A stretch of DNA of 24,000 bases from Planctomycetes bacterium GWC2_45_44 (GCA_001824555.1 MHXU01000137.1:25439-49438), one strand, 5' to 3'; positions 14,386 to 23,240 are shown, counted from the stretch's first letter. The notes: generated by a model not told the origin, from the sequence alone. Translations and numbers: made by a program.

Positions 14386-15795
14386 ATGTTTAAGTTAATA
14401 ATGAGAAAAATATCATTACTGATATTTTCAGTGAGTCTTGTGCTGGTTGCCGGTTGTAATACCCCGAAAGAACAACTGCTGATGTTTGACGGACATTTTG
14501 AAGCGTCTAATTATCAGGCCGCGGCGGCATACGCGGAAAAAAATATCAAAAACAAAACAAACCCCGCACGCGAAGACCTGCTCTGGACGCTCCAGGCGGC
14601 AGCGGCAAAAAGAGCTTTAAAAGATTATGCCGGCAGCACAGGCGAATTCGACAAAGCTGAAGAATTTCTCAAATTCTACGACCTTCGCTTTTCAGCGGCG
14701 GATGATATGGCCGCGGTGGCCGTCAACGATAACGTTGTTCCATACAAAGGGCAGGAATACGACGGCGTAATGGCAAATGTGTATAAAGCCCTGAATTTTC
14801 TGGCACAGGGCAATTACGATTTGGCCAAAGTGGAATTCAATCGAGCGTTAGACCGGCAGAGAAGAACGAAAGAACACTTTGAAAAAGAAATCGCCAAAAC
14901 AAGGGAAAGCATCCAAAAGGCACAATACGGCAGCCTTGTGAACGACCCCAATACGCAAAGAACTATTCAGGACAGATACCCCCAGTTGTACGAGTACGAG
15001 CCTTACATGGATTACATCAATCCGTTCGTAACATATTTAGCGTCTATATATTTCAACGCGACCGGCGACATCTCAACGGCTCGCAATCTGCTGAAAGAAA
15101 CCGTCGGGCTTGTGCCGGAAAATAAAAGTATAGCAAACGAGTTCGAGGAAACGGAAGCGGCTATTTTCACAGGCCGGACAATCAAAAATACCGTATGGGT
15201 TATTTTTGAAAACGGACTGGGGCCGAGGAAGGAAGAATTCAGAATCGACCTGCCGCTGTTTATAGTAACCGATAGAGTGCAGTACGCCGGTATCGCGCTG
15301 CCGAGACTTGAATATAGAGACATCGCGTTTCCGTATCTGCTGATTGATGCTAACGGCGTACAATACAGCACAACCGTCGTCGGCAGTATGGATAGAGTCA
15401 TAAGCTCCGAATTCAAAAAAGATTACGAAGGCATTTTGGCAAGGGCGATAATTTCAACAGCGGGCAAGACGCTGACACAGTACGCACTAACCAACCAGTA
15501 CGATGAAGATAACCGCAGATCAGAAGACGGAGCTTATATCGGTTCGATTATGGTAGCCTTATATTCGTTCCTCACAAACGCCGCCGATGTGCGAATCTGG
15601 ACGGCTCTGCCGAAGGAGTTTCAGACCGCAAGATTGCAAATGCCGCAGAATAAAGCACTTAAGATAACGGCTGTGAACGGCGAAACATTTGACATTCGCC
15701 TGCCGGACTGCGATAATGTATTGGTCTATATTAAAATCACACAAAGGGGTTCGCCGCCGATTTGCGATGTGATTCCCTTTGGAAAGAAATTATAA
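14386..15795 (+). CDS. Lipoprotein with TPR-like N-terminal region, unknown function (possibly COG3014-type)
   Basis: 469 aa. The signal peptide has a lipobox (LVLVAGC|N). The N-terminal helical repeats are YQAAAAYAEKNI..., YKALNFLAQGNYDLAKVEFNRALD and IYFNATGDISTARNLLKE. It is the first of three consecutive lipoprotein genes. The family assignment is from memory of gene neighbourhoods, not from a search. Confidence 0.75.
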   Translation: MFKLIMRKISLLIFSVSLVLVAGCNTPKEQLLMFDGHFEASNYQAAAAYAEKNIKNKTNPAREDLLWTLQAAAAKRALKDYAGSTGEFDKAEEFLKFYDLRFSAADDMAAVAVNDNVVPYKGQEYDGVMANVYKALNFLAQGNYDLAKVEFNRALDRQRRTKEHFEKEIAKTRESIQKAQYGSLVNDPNTQRTIQDRYPQLYEYEPYMDYINPFVTYLASIYFNATGDISTARNLLKETVGLVPENKSIANEFEETEAAIFTGRTIKNTVWVIFENGLGPRKEEFRIDLPLFIVTDRVQYAGIALPRLEYRDIAFPYLLIDANGVQYSTTVVGSMDRVISSEFKKDYEGILARAIISTAGKTLTQYALTNQYDEDNRRSEDGAYIGSIMVALYSFLTNAADVRIWTALPKEFQTARLQMPQNKALKITAVNGETFDIRLPDCDNVLVYIKITQRGSPPICDVIPFGKKL

Positions 15796-15801
15796 GGACT
15801 T

Positions 15802-16248
15802 ATGAATATGAAAAAGTGTTTGCTGATGATGTTTTTTGCCGGTTCGGTTTTTGTTTTTGCAGGCTGCTATAAGCCTCACGACAAGCGCGTCAGCGTCGCG
15901 GCGGGTGTCAGAAGCGATACCATCGAGAACAACATTATAACTCGTCCGTTTATCGGGGCGTACAGTCTGCTTGCCGGCGAGGGCATAGACATTAAAGATG
16001 TCAGAAGCTGGCGAAACACCGCGGGAATAATGGAGGTTCAGGTTTCCGGCCACAATCGAGCCGTCTATACCAAACAATTTGAATACAGAGTCGAATGGCT
16101 CAACGATAAGGGTATGCGAATAGAGGCTCAACAGACAGTCTGGCTACGTGTCTCGGCAAAGGCGATGTCCGATTTCAGCTTCACTGCCACGGCGCCGTCA
16201 AGAGATGCCGTTGACTTCAAAATTAACACAAGAAAAGCGAAAGGATAA
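15802..16248 (+). CDS. YcfL-like (DUF1425) lipoprotein
   Basis: 148 aa with lipobox FVFAGC|Y. The C-terminal pattern FEYRVEWLNDKGMRIEAQQTVWLRVSAKAMSDFSFTATAPSRDAVDFKINTR parallels E. coli YcfL (YRFYWYDARG...HKVRLYL). Confidence 0.65.
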   Translation: MNMKKCLLMMFFAGSVFVFAGCYKPHDKRVSVAAGVRSDTIENNIITRPFIGAYSLLAGEGIDIKDVRSWRNTAGIMEVQVSGHNRAVYTKQFEYRVEWLNDKGMRIEAQQTVWLRVSAKAMSDFSFTATAPSRDAVDFKINTRKAKG

Positions 16249-16252
16249 AACT

Positions 16253-16864
16253 ATGAAAAAACTGACACTGTTATTTATCGCGATGACTTTTGCAGTTGGC
16301 TGCGAAAAGGTTACGAAAATCGACACCACAAACGACGCGGGCAAACAGGTTATGGCTCTGGATTACAGAGACTTCGACCAGGCCGCCAGCGAAATGATTC
16401 AATCGCTGCTTAGCTCCGGCGTTTTAGCCAGACAGGATGGCGGCAAATATGTTCTGACCACAGGCGTTATCACAAACGACACTATGCAGAGAATCGACAC
16501 CGATTTGCTCTCGGCTAAAATCGAAGAAGATATCTCCAACAGCGGACAGGTCGTTATGACATCGGCAGTCGGCGGCAAAGACAGCAACCGCGATTCTATG
16601 GTCAACGATTTGAGAGATGTTCGCGATTCGGCCAAAGGCGACGAATTCAAACAGGACACAATGCCGAGCAAAGGCACGCTCATCGCCCCGGATTTGAGCC
16701 TGTCAGGCAAAATATATCAGAATAATCTTCGCTACGATAAAAAGAATCAGCAGGTCGAATACTACTTCCAGTTGAAAATAACCGACCTGAAAAGCGGTCT
16801 GCGGTTCTGGCAAAAAGAAGTTTTAATCGGCAAACGCGGCAGTAATAAAACCGTCGCGTGGTAA
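16253..16864 (+). CDS. LpoB/COG3417-family lipoprotein (penicillin-binding protein activator LpoB-like fold)
   Basis: I chose ATG 16253 (MKKLTLLFIAMTFAVGC|EK lipobox, AAGGA upstream). The track start at 16148 overlaps the previous gene. DYRDFDQAASEMIQSLL...VLTTGVITNDTMQRIDTDLLSAKIEEDISNSGQVVMTS...LSGKIYQ...YYFQLKITDLKSGLRFWQKE follows the LpoB pattern (YDWNGAMQPMVSKML...LLVDSVNNRTNG...LQMQLMLVQTGEIIWSG). Confidence 0.65.
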   Translation: MKKLTLLFIAMTFAVGCEKVTKIDTTNDAGKQVMALDYRDFDQAASEMIQSLLSSGVLARQDGGKYVLTTGVITNDTMQRIDTDLLSAKIEEDISNSGQVVMTSAVGGKDSNRDSMVNDLRDVRDSAKGDEFKQDTMPSKGTLIAPDLSLSGKIYQNNLRYDKKNQQVEYYFQLKITDLKSGLRFWQKEVLIGKRGSNKTVAW

Positions 16865-16881
16865 ATATCAGGATAAATAAA

Positions 16882-17589
16882 ATGAAAACGATAAAATACA
16901 TATTGGCGGTTATAGTTTTAATTGCTGCAATGTCCCTGGCAACAACAGATGCTATCGCTCGCAGCCACCACGGCCACGGTCATTCGTCTTTTAGTATTGG
17001 AATCTACGACGGTGGCTGGGGATTCGGCTACGGCTACGGCCACCATGGCCCTCATTATTGGGGAGCCTATGGTTACCCCTATTATCCCTACTACGATTAT
17101 CCTGTGGTGATCGAAAGGCCTGTTGTAATCGCTCAACCGGCGCCCGTAATAGTGCAGCAAGCCGCTCCTGTTCAGGTCTATGTCTCTCCGGTGGAAAGAT
17201 TGGCGGATGGCAGAGTGAAGGGCGAAGTTGCCAGCAGTCAAGCTGCTGTCCAAACTACTGCGGCAAGCGGCCAAACTACCGTAATCTGGATTAAAAACGA
17301 TAATGGTTCACAAACGCCTGTAACGCTTCGGCAGCAGGGTACAGGCTATATCGGGCCGCAAAACGAATACTATTCAACACTGCCGACCGAAGAACAATTG
17401 AAGCCTGTGTATGGTTTGAAGTCTAATGCGCCCCCGGCCAATACGGTTACCATTCTGTTAAACAACAGTGACGGCACAAAGACTCCGATTACTCTGAAAA
17501 AGGAAGGCACGAACTATATCGGGCCCGCCGGCGAAATCTATGCCGCCCTGCCAACCGAAGAACAATTAAAGCAAATCTACGGCAAATAA
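16882..17589 (+). CDS. Secreted protein: His/Gly/Tyr/Pro-rich low-complexity region + two ~47-aa tandem repeats; function unknown
   Basis: The start is ATG 16882 (MKTIKYILAVIVLIAAMSLATTDAIA signal peptide). A low-complexity stretch follows: SHHGHGHSSFSIGIYDGGWGFGYGYGHHGPHYWGAYGYPYYPYYDYP. The two repeats are TTVIWIKNDNGSQTPVTLRQQGTGYIGPQNEYYSTLPTEEQLKPVYG and TVTILLNNSDGTKTPITLKKEGTNYIGPAGEIYAALPTEEQLKQIYG. It lies 17 nt after the LpoB-like gene. Confidence 0.8.
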   Translation: MKTIKYILAVIVLIAAMSLATTDAIARSHHGHGHSSFSIGIYDGGWGFGYGYGHHGPHYWGAYGYPYYPYYDYPVVIERPVVIAQPAPVIVQQAAPVQVYVSPVERLADGRVKGEVASSQAAVQTTAASGQTTVIWIKNDNGSQTPVTLRQQGTGYIGPQNEYYSTLPTEEQLKPVYGLKSNAPPANTVTILLNNSDGTKTPITLKKEGTNYIGPAGEIYAALPTEEQLKQIYGK

Positions 17590-17607
17590 AAAAACGCAGT
17601 TTTGGGT

Positions 17608-17634
17608 GTCATTTCGACGCGAAGCGGAGAAATC
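17608..17634. repeat. GTCATT...AATC palindromic unit
   Basis: The sequence is GTCATTTCgaCGCgaaGCGgaGAAATC. The outer stem is ATTTC/GAAAT and the inner stem is CGC-GAA-GCG. The termini match the units at 6397-6420 and 7781-7806. Confidence 0.7.
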
Positions 17635-17636
17635 TA

Positions 17637-17705
17637 TTTAAAATCTTCTTCGCCGCAGGCGAGTTCCATATTTTTTATTTTTGATATTTTATTTTTGATT
17701 TTCTT
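17637..17705 (+). terminator. Module copy M5: hairpin-GTTCCATA-T-rich tandem array between convergent genes
   Basis: The layout is TTTAAAATCTTCT, then TCGCC GCA GGCGA (17650-17662), then GTTCCATA, then ttttttatttttgatattttatttttgattttc. The left flank is nearly identical to M3 (tttaaaatctcatcgcc). It probably terminates the 16882..17589 transcript. Confidence 0.55.
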
Positions 17706-19082
17706 TTAATGTTCCACCGGCTCGCCGAGTATTGCTTTGATTTCGGCAAGCTGCTTATCGAGTACGTCCTTTGTTTTTGCTTCGATATTCAGTCTCAAAA
17801 ACGGTTCGGTATTGCTTGCCCTGCAGTTGAACCACCAGTCCTTAAACTGAATTGTTATGCCGTCAAGGTCGTCGGCCTCGCCCTGACTGAATTTTTTGCT
17901 CAATTCCTTCATCATCGCGTCTTTGTCTTCGACGGCAAAATTGATTTCGCCGCTGGAGAAGTACCGCTTCAAAGGTTTGACAAGTTCGCTCATCGGCTGC
18001 GACGCTCTGCTCAAAATGTTTATTAAATGGACGAGCGTTATAAATCCGGAATCTGCGAAGAAATTATCGCGATAGTAAAAATGCCCGCTCAATTCGCCGC
18101 CGAAAATCGCTCTTGCGGTTCGCAGCGTCTTTTTCATAAACGAATGTCCGACTCTTTCGCGTCTCGGCAGACCGCCGTATTTTAAAACTTCTTCACGAAC
18201 AACCCAACTGCTCCGCAGGTCATAAACTATTGCGGCGCCTGGATTTTTTTCGAGAAAATACTGCGCCAAAAGAGCGGTCATAATATCGCATCCGATAGTC
18301 TGACCGGTTTCATCAACCACAACTAATCTGTCGGCATCGCCATCAAAACATATTCCGACATCAGCCTTGCGTTTTTTCACTGTAGCCTTAAGCTGTGCCA
18401 GATTACTCTCGACAAGCGGATTTGGCTCGTGCTTAAACGTGCCGTCGTGTTCAAAGTTCAGCCTGATAATCTCGATACCCAAATCCTCAAAAATAAGCGG
18501 AACCATTTTGCCGGCCATTCCGTTTGACGCGTCAATAACCATTTTCAGGGGCTTTACTTTCGCATCAAGAAATTTCAGAATGTGCTGTTTGTAAGCCTCG
18601 GTAAGGTCGTATTTTTCAATCGCCCCGTCCATAACCCCGTGCGTATGAAGCAGCGCGGTGGCGATGTGCTTTATTTCCTTAAGGCCGGTGTCCTGTCCGA
18701 CAGGCTTGGCCTCAAGACCGGAAATTTTGAAGCCGTTATATTGTGCCGGATTATGCGAGGCGGTAACCTGAACGCCGCCGCAGGTGCCGAGATGATTTAT
18801 CGCGAAATAAATCTGCGGCGTGTCAATCATTCCGATATCTATTACGTTTGCTCCCGCCGCGTTCATACCGGCTATCAGCGCATCGGACAAACCAGTGCTG
18901 TGTGTCCGCATATCTCGACCTACACATAAACTCTGACGATTGGCCAAACCACGCTCGTAACCGCGCAAAAGCGACCTTAAAAATGACGCAGTCGCGTTGC
19001 CGATTTTCCACGCGGCATCTTCGTTTAACTGGTCAGGATAAAGTCCTCGAATGTCATAAGCCTTGAAAATTTTCGGGTCCAT
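17706..19082 (-). CDS. Phosphomannomutase/phosphoglucomutase (alpha-D-phosphohexomutase family)
   Basis: 458 aa. It has MDPKIFKAYDIRG and the active-site loop GGVQVTASHNPAQYNGFK. The Mg site is ICFDGDADRLVVVD, the sugar-binding loop is GGELSGH, and the phosphate-binding C-terminus is FNCRASNTEPFLRLNIEA. Confidence 0.93.
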   Translation of the reverse strand: MDPKIFKAYDIRGLYPDQLNEDAAWKIGNATASFLRSLLRGYERGLANRQSLCVGRDMRTHSTGLSDALIAGMNAAGANVIDIGMIDTPQIYFAINHLGTCGGVQVTASHNPAQYNGFKISGLEAKPVGQDTGLKEIKHIATALLHTHGVMDGAIEKYDLTEAYKQHILKFLDAKVKPLKMVIDASNGMAGKMVPLIFEDLGIEIIRLNFEHDGTFKHEPNPLVESNLAQLKATVKKRKADVGICFDGDADRLVVVDETGQTIGCDIMTALLAQYFLEKNPGAAIVYDLRSSWVVREEVLKYGGLPRRERVGHSFMKKTLRTARAIFGGELSGHFYYRDNFFADSGFITLVHLINILSRASQPMSELVKPLKRYFSSGEINFAVEDKDAMMKELSKKFSQGEADDLDGITIQFKDWWFNCRASNTEPFLRLNIEAKTKDVLDKQLAEIKAILGEPVEH

Positions 19083-19201
19083 TCTGCAAACTCCATAAAA
19101 TTATATACTGTTGCCGGAATTGTACTTACGCCCCCGCGGCAGGTCAAATGAAAATATCATAATACCAAAAGTTTTGGCTATTGGCCGGCGGTTATGATAG
19201 A

Positions 19202-20248
19202 ATGCTCCGCCTTATGGATAAAGATTTAAAGAATAAAACGCTGTCGGAACTTGAACAAATAACCGCGAAATTCGGCGTAAAGCCGTATATCGCCAAATAT
19301 ATCTTCACGTTTATTCATCAGAAAGATGCCGCAGACATAAACAGCCTGACCACCTTGAGCAAGGATTTACGAGCATCGCTGACAGAAGCGGGGTATTTCA
19401 TTTCGCAGCTTAAAATCGTCGAAAAACTCTCCGACCCGGACGGCACGGAAAAATATCTCTTTCAAACCGCCGACGGCCAGAATATCGAATCCGTTCTGCT
19501 CGACGAAAGAGAGCGAAAAACAATATGCCTGTCAACACAAATCGGCTGCCGGCTCGGCTGCAAATTCTGCGCAACCGGCTATCTGAAATTCAAACGCTCG
19601 CTGACCGCAGGTGAAATCATCGACCAGGTCAATACAATTTCCAAAGACGCCAAATGCAAAATAAACAACATCGTCTTTATGGGAATGGGCGAACCATTTG
19701 AAAATTACGATGAGACATTAAAAGCTGTGCGGATTTTAGCGCACCCATTCGGCAAAAACATCGGCATTCGCAGGCAAACAATTTCGACAGTCGGAATTCC
19801 GGCAGGCATAAAGAAACTCGCCGATGAGGACATTCATCCGCGTCTGGCTGTTTCGCTGCACGCGCCTGACGACGAGTTGAGAAAACAAATCGTCCCTGCC
19901 GCCAATAAATATCCGATGAGCGAAATTTTAAACGCGCTAAAATTATACAACCAAAAAACCAGCCGGAGAATAACCATTGAATACTGCCTGATTGACGGAA
20001 TAAACGACAGCAGCGAATGCGCGAAGAAATTAGCCGCCATTCTGTCGCCTCTCGACACAAGCATAAATCTGATTGAGTACAATCCGCACCCCGGCTGCGA
20101 TTTTGCCCCGGCAAACCGCGAGAAAATAAGACTCTTTAAGGATATTCTGACGCAGCGGGGCTTTGAAACAATAATTAGGTTTCGCCGCGGCACAAGTATA
20201 AAAGCCGCTTGCGGTCAGCTCGGCGCAGACAGATTAAAGGAAAAATAA
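19202..20248 (+). CDS. rlmN: 23S rRNA/tRNA (adenine-C2)-methyltransferase RlmN (radical SAM)
   Basis: The N-terminus is LSELEQITAKFGVKPYIAKYIFTFIH. The radical-SAM cluster is CLSTQIGCRLGCKFCATG. GMGEP and the C-terminal IKAACGQL are also present. The start is ambiguous (TTG 19181, ATG 19202, ATG 19214). Confidence 0.92.
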   Translation: MLRLMDKDLKNKTLSELEQITAKFGVKPYIAKYIFTFIHQKDAADINSLTTLSKDLRASLTEAGYFISQLKIVEKLSDPDGTEKYLFQTADGQNIESVLLDERERKTICLSTQIGCRLGCKFCATGYLKFKRSLTAGEIIDQVNTISKDAKCKINNIVFMGMGEPFENYDETLKAVRILAHPFGKNIGIRRQTISTVGIPAGIKKLADEDIHPRLAVSLHAPDDELRKQIVPAANKYPMSEILNALKLYNQKTSRRITIEYCLIDGINDSSECAKKLAAILSPLDTSINLIEYNPHPGCDFAPANREKIRLFKDILTQRGFETIIRFRRGTSIKAACGQLGADRLKEK

Positions 20249-20251
20249 AAT

Positions 20252-20908
20252 ATGACAACACTCCCCAAAGGCATTATCTTCGATATGGACGGCGTTTTGC
20301 TCGATTCCGAGCCGCTTATCACCAGGGCAGCGATACAGATGTTCGCCGAACTCGGTCTGAAAGTTCAGCCGGATGACTTTCACCCGTTCACCGGCACAGG
20401 CGAAGACCGCTTCCTCGGCGGCGTCGCGGAAAAATATAATTTCCCATTCGATGCCGAAACCAATAAAAGCCGCACTTACGATATTTACCTCGAAATTATC
20501 AAAGGCAAATTGAATCCGCTGAACGGCGTAAGAGATTTCATCGCAAAATGCCGGGCGGCAGGCAAAAAACTCGCCGTCGCCTCAAGCGCGGACAGACGCA
20601 AGGTGATGGGCAATCTTGCCGAGATAAAAATTCCAGCCGATACTTTTGATGTGGTTGTAACGGGCAACGATATTGTGCATAAAAAACCCGCGCCGGATAT
20701 TTTTCTGCTGGCGGCAAAACGAATCAGCCTCGACCCGAAAGACTGTTTAGTCGTCGAAGACGCTCCCAGCGGAATAGCCGCGGCAAAAGCCGCAGGCTGC
20801 AAATGCCTCGGCATTATGTCCAGCTTTACGCAGGACAGACTTTCCGGCGCAGACTGGTTTGCACAGGATTTGGCAAACGTGCCGGCCGATGCAATACAGT
20901 GGCAATAA
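20252..20908 (+). CDS. HAD-IA family hydrolase (beta-phosphoglucomutase/phosphatase-like)
   Basis: 218 aa. Motif I is IIFDMDGVLLDSEP, motif II is LAVASSA, and motifs III/IV are KKPAPDIF...VVEDAPSGIAAAKAAG. It starts 3 nt after rlmN. Confidence 0.88.
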   Translation: MTTLPKGIIFDMDGVLLDSEPLITRAAIQMFAELGLKVQPDDFHPFTGTGEDRFLGGVAEKYNFPFDAETNKSRTYDIYLEIIKGKLNPLNGVRDFIAKCRAAGKKLAVASSADRRKVMGNLAEIKIPADTFDVVVTGNDIVHKKPAPDIFLLAAKRISLDPKDCLVVEDAPSGIAAAKAAGCKCLGIMSSFTQDRLSGADWFAQDLANVPADAIQWQ

Positions 20909-21124
20909 ACATAGTTTAATCCCCACAAGACAGTTGTAGGTGTTTTCCCCGACAGAGAAAACATACATATCCCTGACATACACAAATTGAAATTGTGTTA
21001 TCATAAACGCCAATTCTTATTGTAATCTGTTTCCAAACAGGAACATAAGAAAAGCAGACTCTGTGAGTCCCCAAAAAATCGAAATTAAAAAAAACAAATA
21101 AACACTTTTTAAGGAGATTTAAAA

Positions 21125-21280
21125 ATGTTGCGAAGAATTCTGATAGTCATCGTTATAGTTGGTCTTGCGGTAACTTTCGGCTGCAAAAAAACAACTACAG
21201 ACACAACCACCAAGAAGACAGTAACCACGACCAAGGAAGTCGAAAAGGCAATTCCGCCGGTAGAAGAAACGCCAAAATAA
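21125..21280 (+). CDS. Small putative lipoprotein (51 aa), Thr/Lys-rich
   Basis: It is below the track length cutoff. AAGGAG lies 8 nt upstream of the ATG. The product is MLRRILIVIVIVGLAVTFGC|KKTTTDTTTKKTVTTTKEVEKAIPPVEETPK, a signal peptide plus lipobox. A hairpin lies 28 nt downstream. Confidence 0.5.
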   Translation: MLRRILIVIVIVGLAVTFGCKKTTTDTTTKKTVTTTKEVEKAIPPVEETPK

Positions 21281-21299
21281 GAAACACAAATAAGCTTAC

Positions 21300-21332
21300 A
21301 AAAAAAAGCTCCTCTGTCCCCAGCAGAGGAGC
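21300..21332 (-). terminator. Rho-independent terminator (minus strand; hairpin shared with the convergent small + strand gene)
   Basis: The stem is GCTCCTCTG (21308-21316) with CAGAGGAGC (21324-21332) and a 7-nt loop. On the minus strand it is followed by T8 (plus-strand A-run 21300-21307). It is downstream of the 21415..22173 gene. Confidence 0.7.
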
Positions 21333-21414
21333 TAAAATTAAACCTTCCCGGCTTGCCGGCTGGACCACCCAGCCCCCTTTCAACCTTCAAACCGGGCTGA
21401 AGACTTAATGGCCA

Positions 21415-22173
21415 TTAAGTACAACAGGGTTGCGCATCAAAGGCGCAATATCCCATTTCTTCACCGAGCTGTTTTATTCGTCGCCAGACTTTCTCATCCT
21501 GAACAACGTCCAGCGCAATCGGATACAAAATATTATCCTCCTGGAAAATATGCTCTCTTACAATCGGCACAATCGCGCAGGACAGAGCGTTGACCTGAAT
21601 TTTGAATTGCTCCGGCTCAAAATGTTTAAAGTTATTTACCGCCGTGGTCAGATTGCCGACCATATTTTTTATACGCCAGTGCGCCTTTTGCAGAACAATG
21701 CAAATGCTCCTGCAGGGATATTTTTCCAGAACCGGAAAAATAAGGTCGTCTTCCCGCTGGTCGTGAACGTCAATAGACTGCAAATGCGCCGCAACGTGTT
21801 CAAGCCTGCGAAACTCGCTGCTCAATTCGGTTAGATTTTCGGCATCCTGAATTTCCACATTGGCCTCGGCGAGGTCTGCCAAAAAACAATCGAACATTTC
21901 GTGTTCCGCCAGAATCAGTCTGACGGGATGATTGGCCGGCAAATTCGCCCGAAGCAGCGCGAACTGGTCGCCAAGAATTGAAGCGAAAGCGTACACAAGC
22001 ATTCGAAGCTCGTTGAGCGACATACCCGTGCCAAGCAGATACTTTTGAGCTTTGCTTATGTCGCTTAATCTAAGAGTTGCCAAAAGCTGACGTGACTGAC
22101 TTCTAACCTTTGTCGGGTCCTCACCATCCCGAACGCGCCCCAGTATATCCGCAAGTTTTCGTGCCTTTTCCAT
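21415..22173 (-). CDS. DUF438 + hemerythrin-like (HHE cation-binding) domain protein
   Basis: I chose ATG 22173 (GGAGG 8 nt upstream); the track extension to 22350 has no support. The N-terminus MEKARKLADILGRVRDGEDPTKVRSQSRQLL...ISKAQKYLLGTGMSLNEL is DUF438-like. NHPVRLILAEHEMF, HDQREDDLIFPVLEKY and VREHIFQEDNILYPIA are hemerythrin-type His/Glu motifs. Confidence 0.7.
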   Translation of the reverse strand: MEKARKLADILGRVRDGEDPTKVRSQSRQLLATLRLSDISKAQKYLLGTGMSLNELRMLVYAFASILGDQFALLRANLPANHPVRLILAEHEMFDCFLADLAEANVEIQDAENLTELSSEFRRLEHVAAHLQSIDVHDQREDDLIFPVLEKYPCRSICIVLQKAHWRIKNMVGNLTTAVNNFKHFEPEQFKIQVNALSCAIVPIVREHIFQEDNILYPIALDVVQDEKVWRRIKQLGEEMGYCAFDAQPCCT

Positions 22174-22393
22174 AGTCGTGCCTCCTTTTCTACAAAACCG
22201 GCGATGAAACAAATCATCGCCCTTTATGCGGTTAACACGCACTTGTACTTTATATGCTAATATACGAACGAACCGGATAATGTTTCGCGGAAAAATTAAA
22301 AAAGCGCATATTTTTTTCAAAATTGTGCTAACCGGCGTTAAAACAGGCAAAATAGGCGATGCCAGAGGGTTGGACAGGGTTCGCGCCCTGCCG

Positions 22394-23218
22394 CTAATAG
22401 CCTGGACCCCAAAATTCCGGCTTGCTGTCGGCGTTTGGAAGTGTCAGTTCCGGCCAGAACATATAGCTGCTGCCGATGTAATTTAACGGCACAAATTCGG
22501 TTTCTACGGCACAGGCGATACCTCTGACATTATCTATATGCCCGTCAACAAACATTACATTCATCGCGCCGTTGTGATAAAACCCGCTTGTCAACCTGTG
22601 GTGGCCGGCCAAAGCTAAATTCAACGCTTTAGTCTCCTTGCATCTGGCGTCATAAATTCTGCCCGCATAACTTGTCTCTGCCATAAGCATACAAGCCGAG
22701 GGCTGGCTGATTTGTGTGGATTTATAGCCGCCCGCCGGGCCGAGTTTTATTTCCACTGATGTCGCCGTCGCAACCTGGTAACAGCCGTTCGGAGCGAAAC
22801 TTGTCATACCGGCTGCGTGGGGAGAAGGCGGGCCATAACCAAGCGGGTGCGGGTCTTTGTCCTGCGGACAGAAAAATACCTCGGACAAATTTTGGGTCGG
22901 GTCTGCCGAAACCTGTTTGCCGACATAGGGCAGAAGCAGAATATGCCACAACTGCGTTCGCAACTGCTTATTAGGCGGCATCGTGCCATAAGGGTCGTGC
23001 GCCATTATTATCCTGTCCTGACAATCGACTGCATAAGCGCTCATTGCAAGTGAAATCTGACTCATTCGTTTTGCACAGATAATTCGCTTCGCGTTGTCTC
23101 GAGTTTTAATCAGAGCAGGCAGTAAAATCGCCAGCAGCATCGCAATAATTGAAATGACAACAAGTAATTCAACCAGCGTAAAAGCTTTGCGACGGAAATT
23201 TTGAATTACACTATTCAT
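22394..23218 (-). CDS. Prepilin-type N-terminal cleavage/methylation domain protein of the H-X9-DG family
   Basis: 274 aa. The N-terminus is MNSVIQNFRRKA|FTLVELLVVISIIAMLLAILLPAL. The C-terminus has HNGAMNVMFVDGH, which is H, 9 residues, then DG. This family is abundant in Planctomycetota, Lentisphaerota and Verrucomicrobiota. Confidence 0.85.
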   Translation of the reverse strand: MNSVIQNFRRKAFTLVELLVVISIIAMLLAILLPALIKTRDNAKRIICAKRMSQISLAMSAYAVDCQDRIIMAHDPYGTMPPNKQLRTQLWHILLLPYVGKQVSADPTQNLSEVFFCPQDKDPHPLGYGPPSPHAAGMTSFAPNGCYQVATATSVEIKLGPAGGYKSTQISQPSACMLMAETSYAGRIYDARCKETKALNLALAGHHRLTSGFYHNGAMNVMFVDGHIDNVRGIACAVETEFVPLNYIGSSYMFWPELTLPNADSKPEFWGPGY

Positions 23219-23240
23219 TATTCACTATTCATTATTCATT
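23213..23240. repeat. Heptamer tandem array (ATTCATT ATTCACT ATTCATT ATTCATT), identical to 7179-7206
   Basis: It is a 28/28 nt identical copy of the array in module M2. It fills the whole ccsA to H-X9-DG intergenic gap. It contains the H-X9-DG gene start codon (23218-23216). Confidence 0.85.

Noticed and set aside
11096-22350. N-terminal extensions in the track for ymdB (11096), the LpoB-like gene (16148), the repeat protein (16858), xseA (12131) and the DUF438 gene (22350)
   Set aside because: The extensions overlap upstream genes or repeat DNA and lack RBSs. The internal ATGs (11150, 16253, 16882, 12149, 22173) give canonical N-termini or signal peptides and have SD-like sequences.
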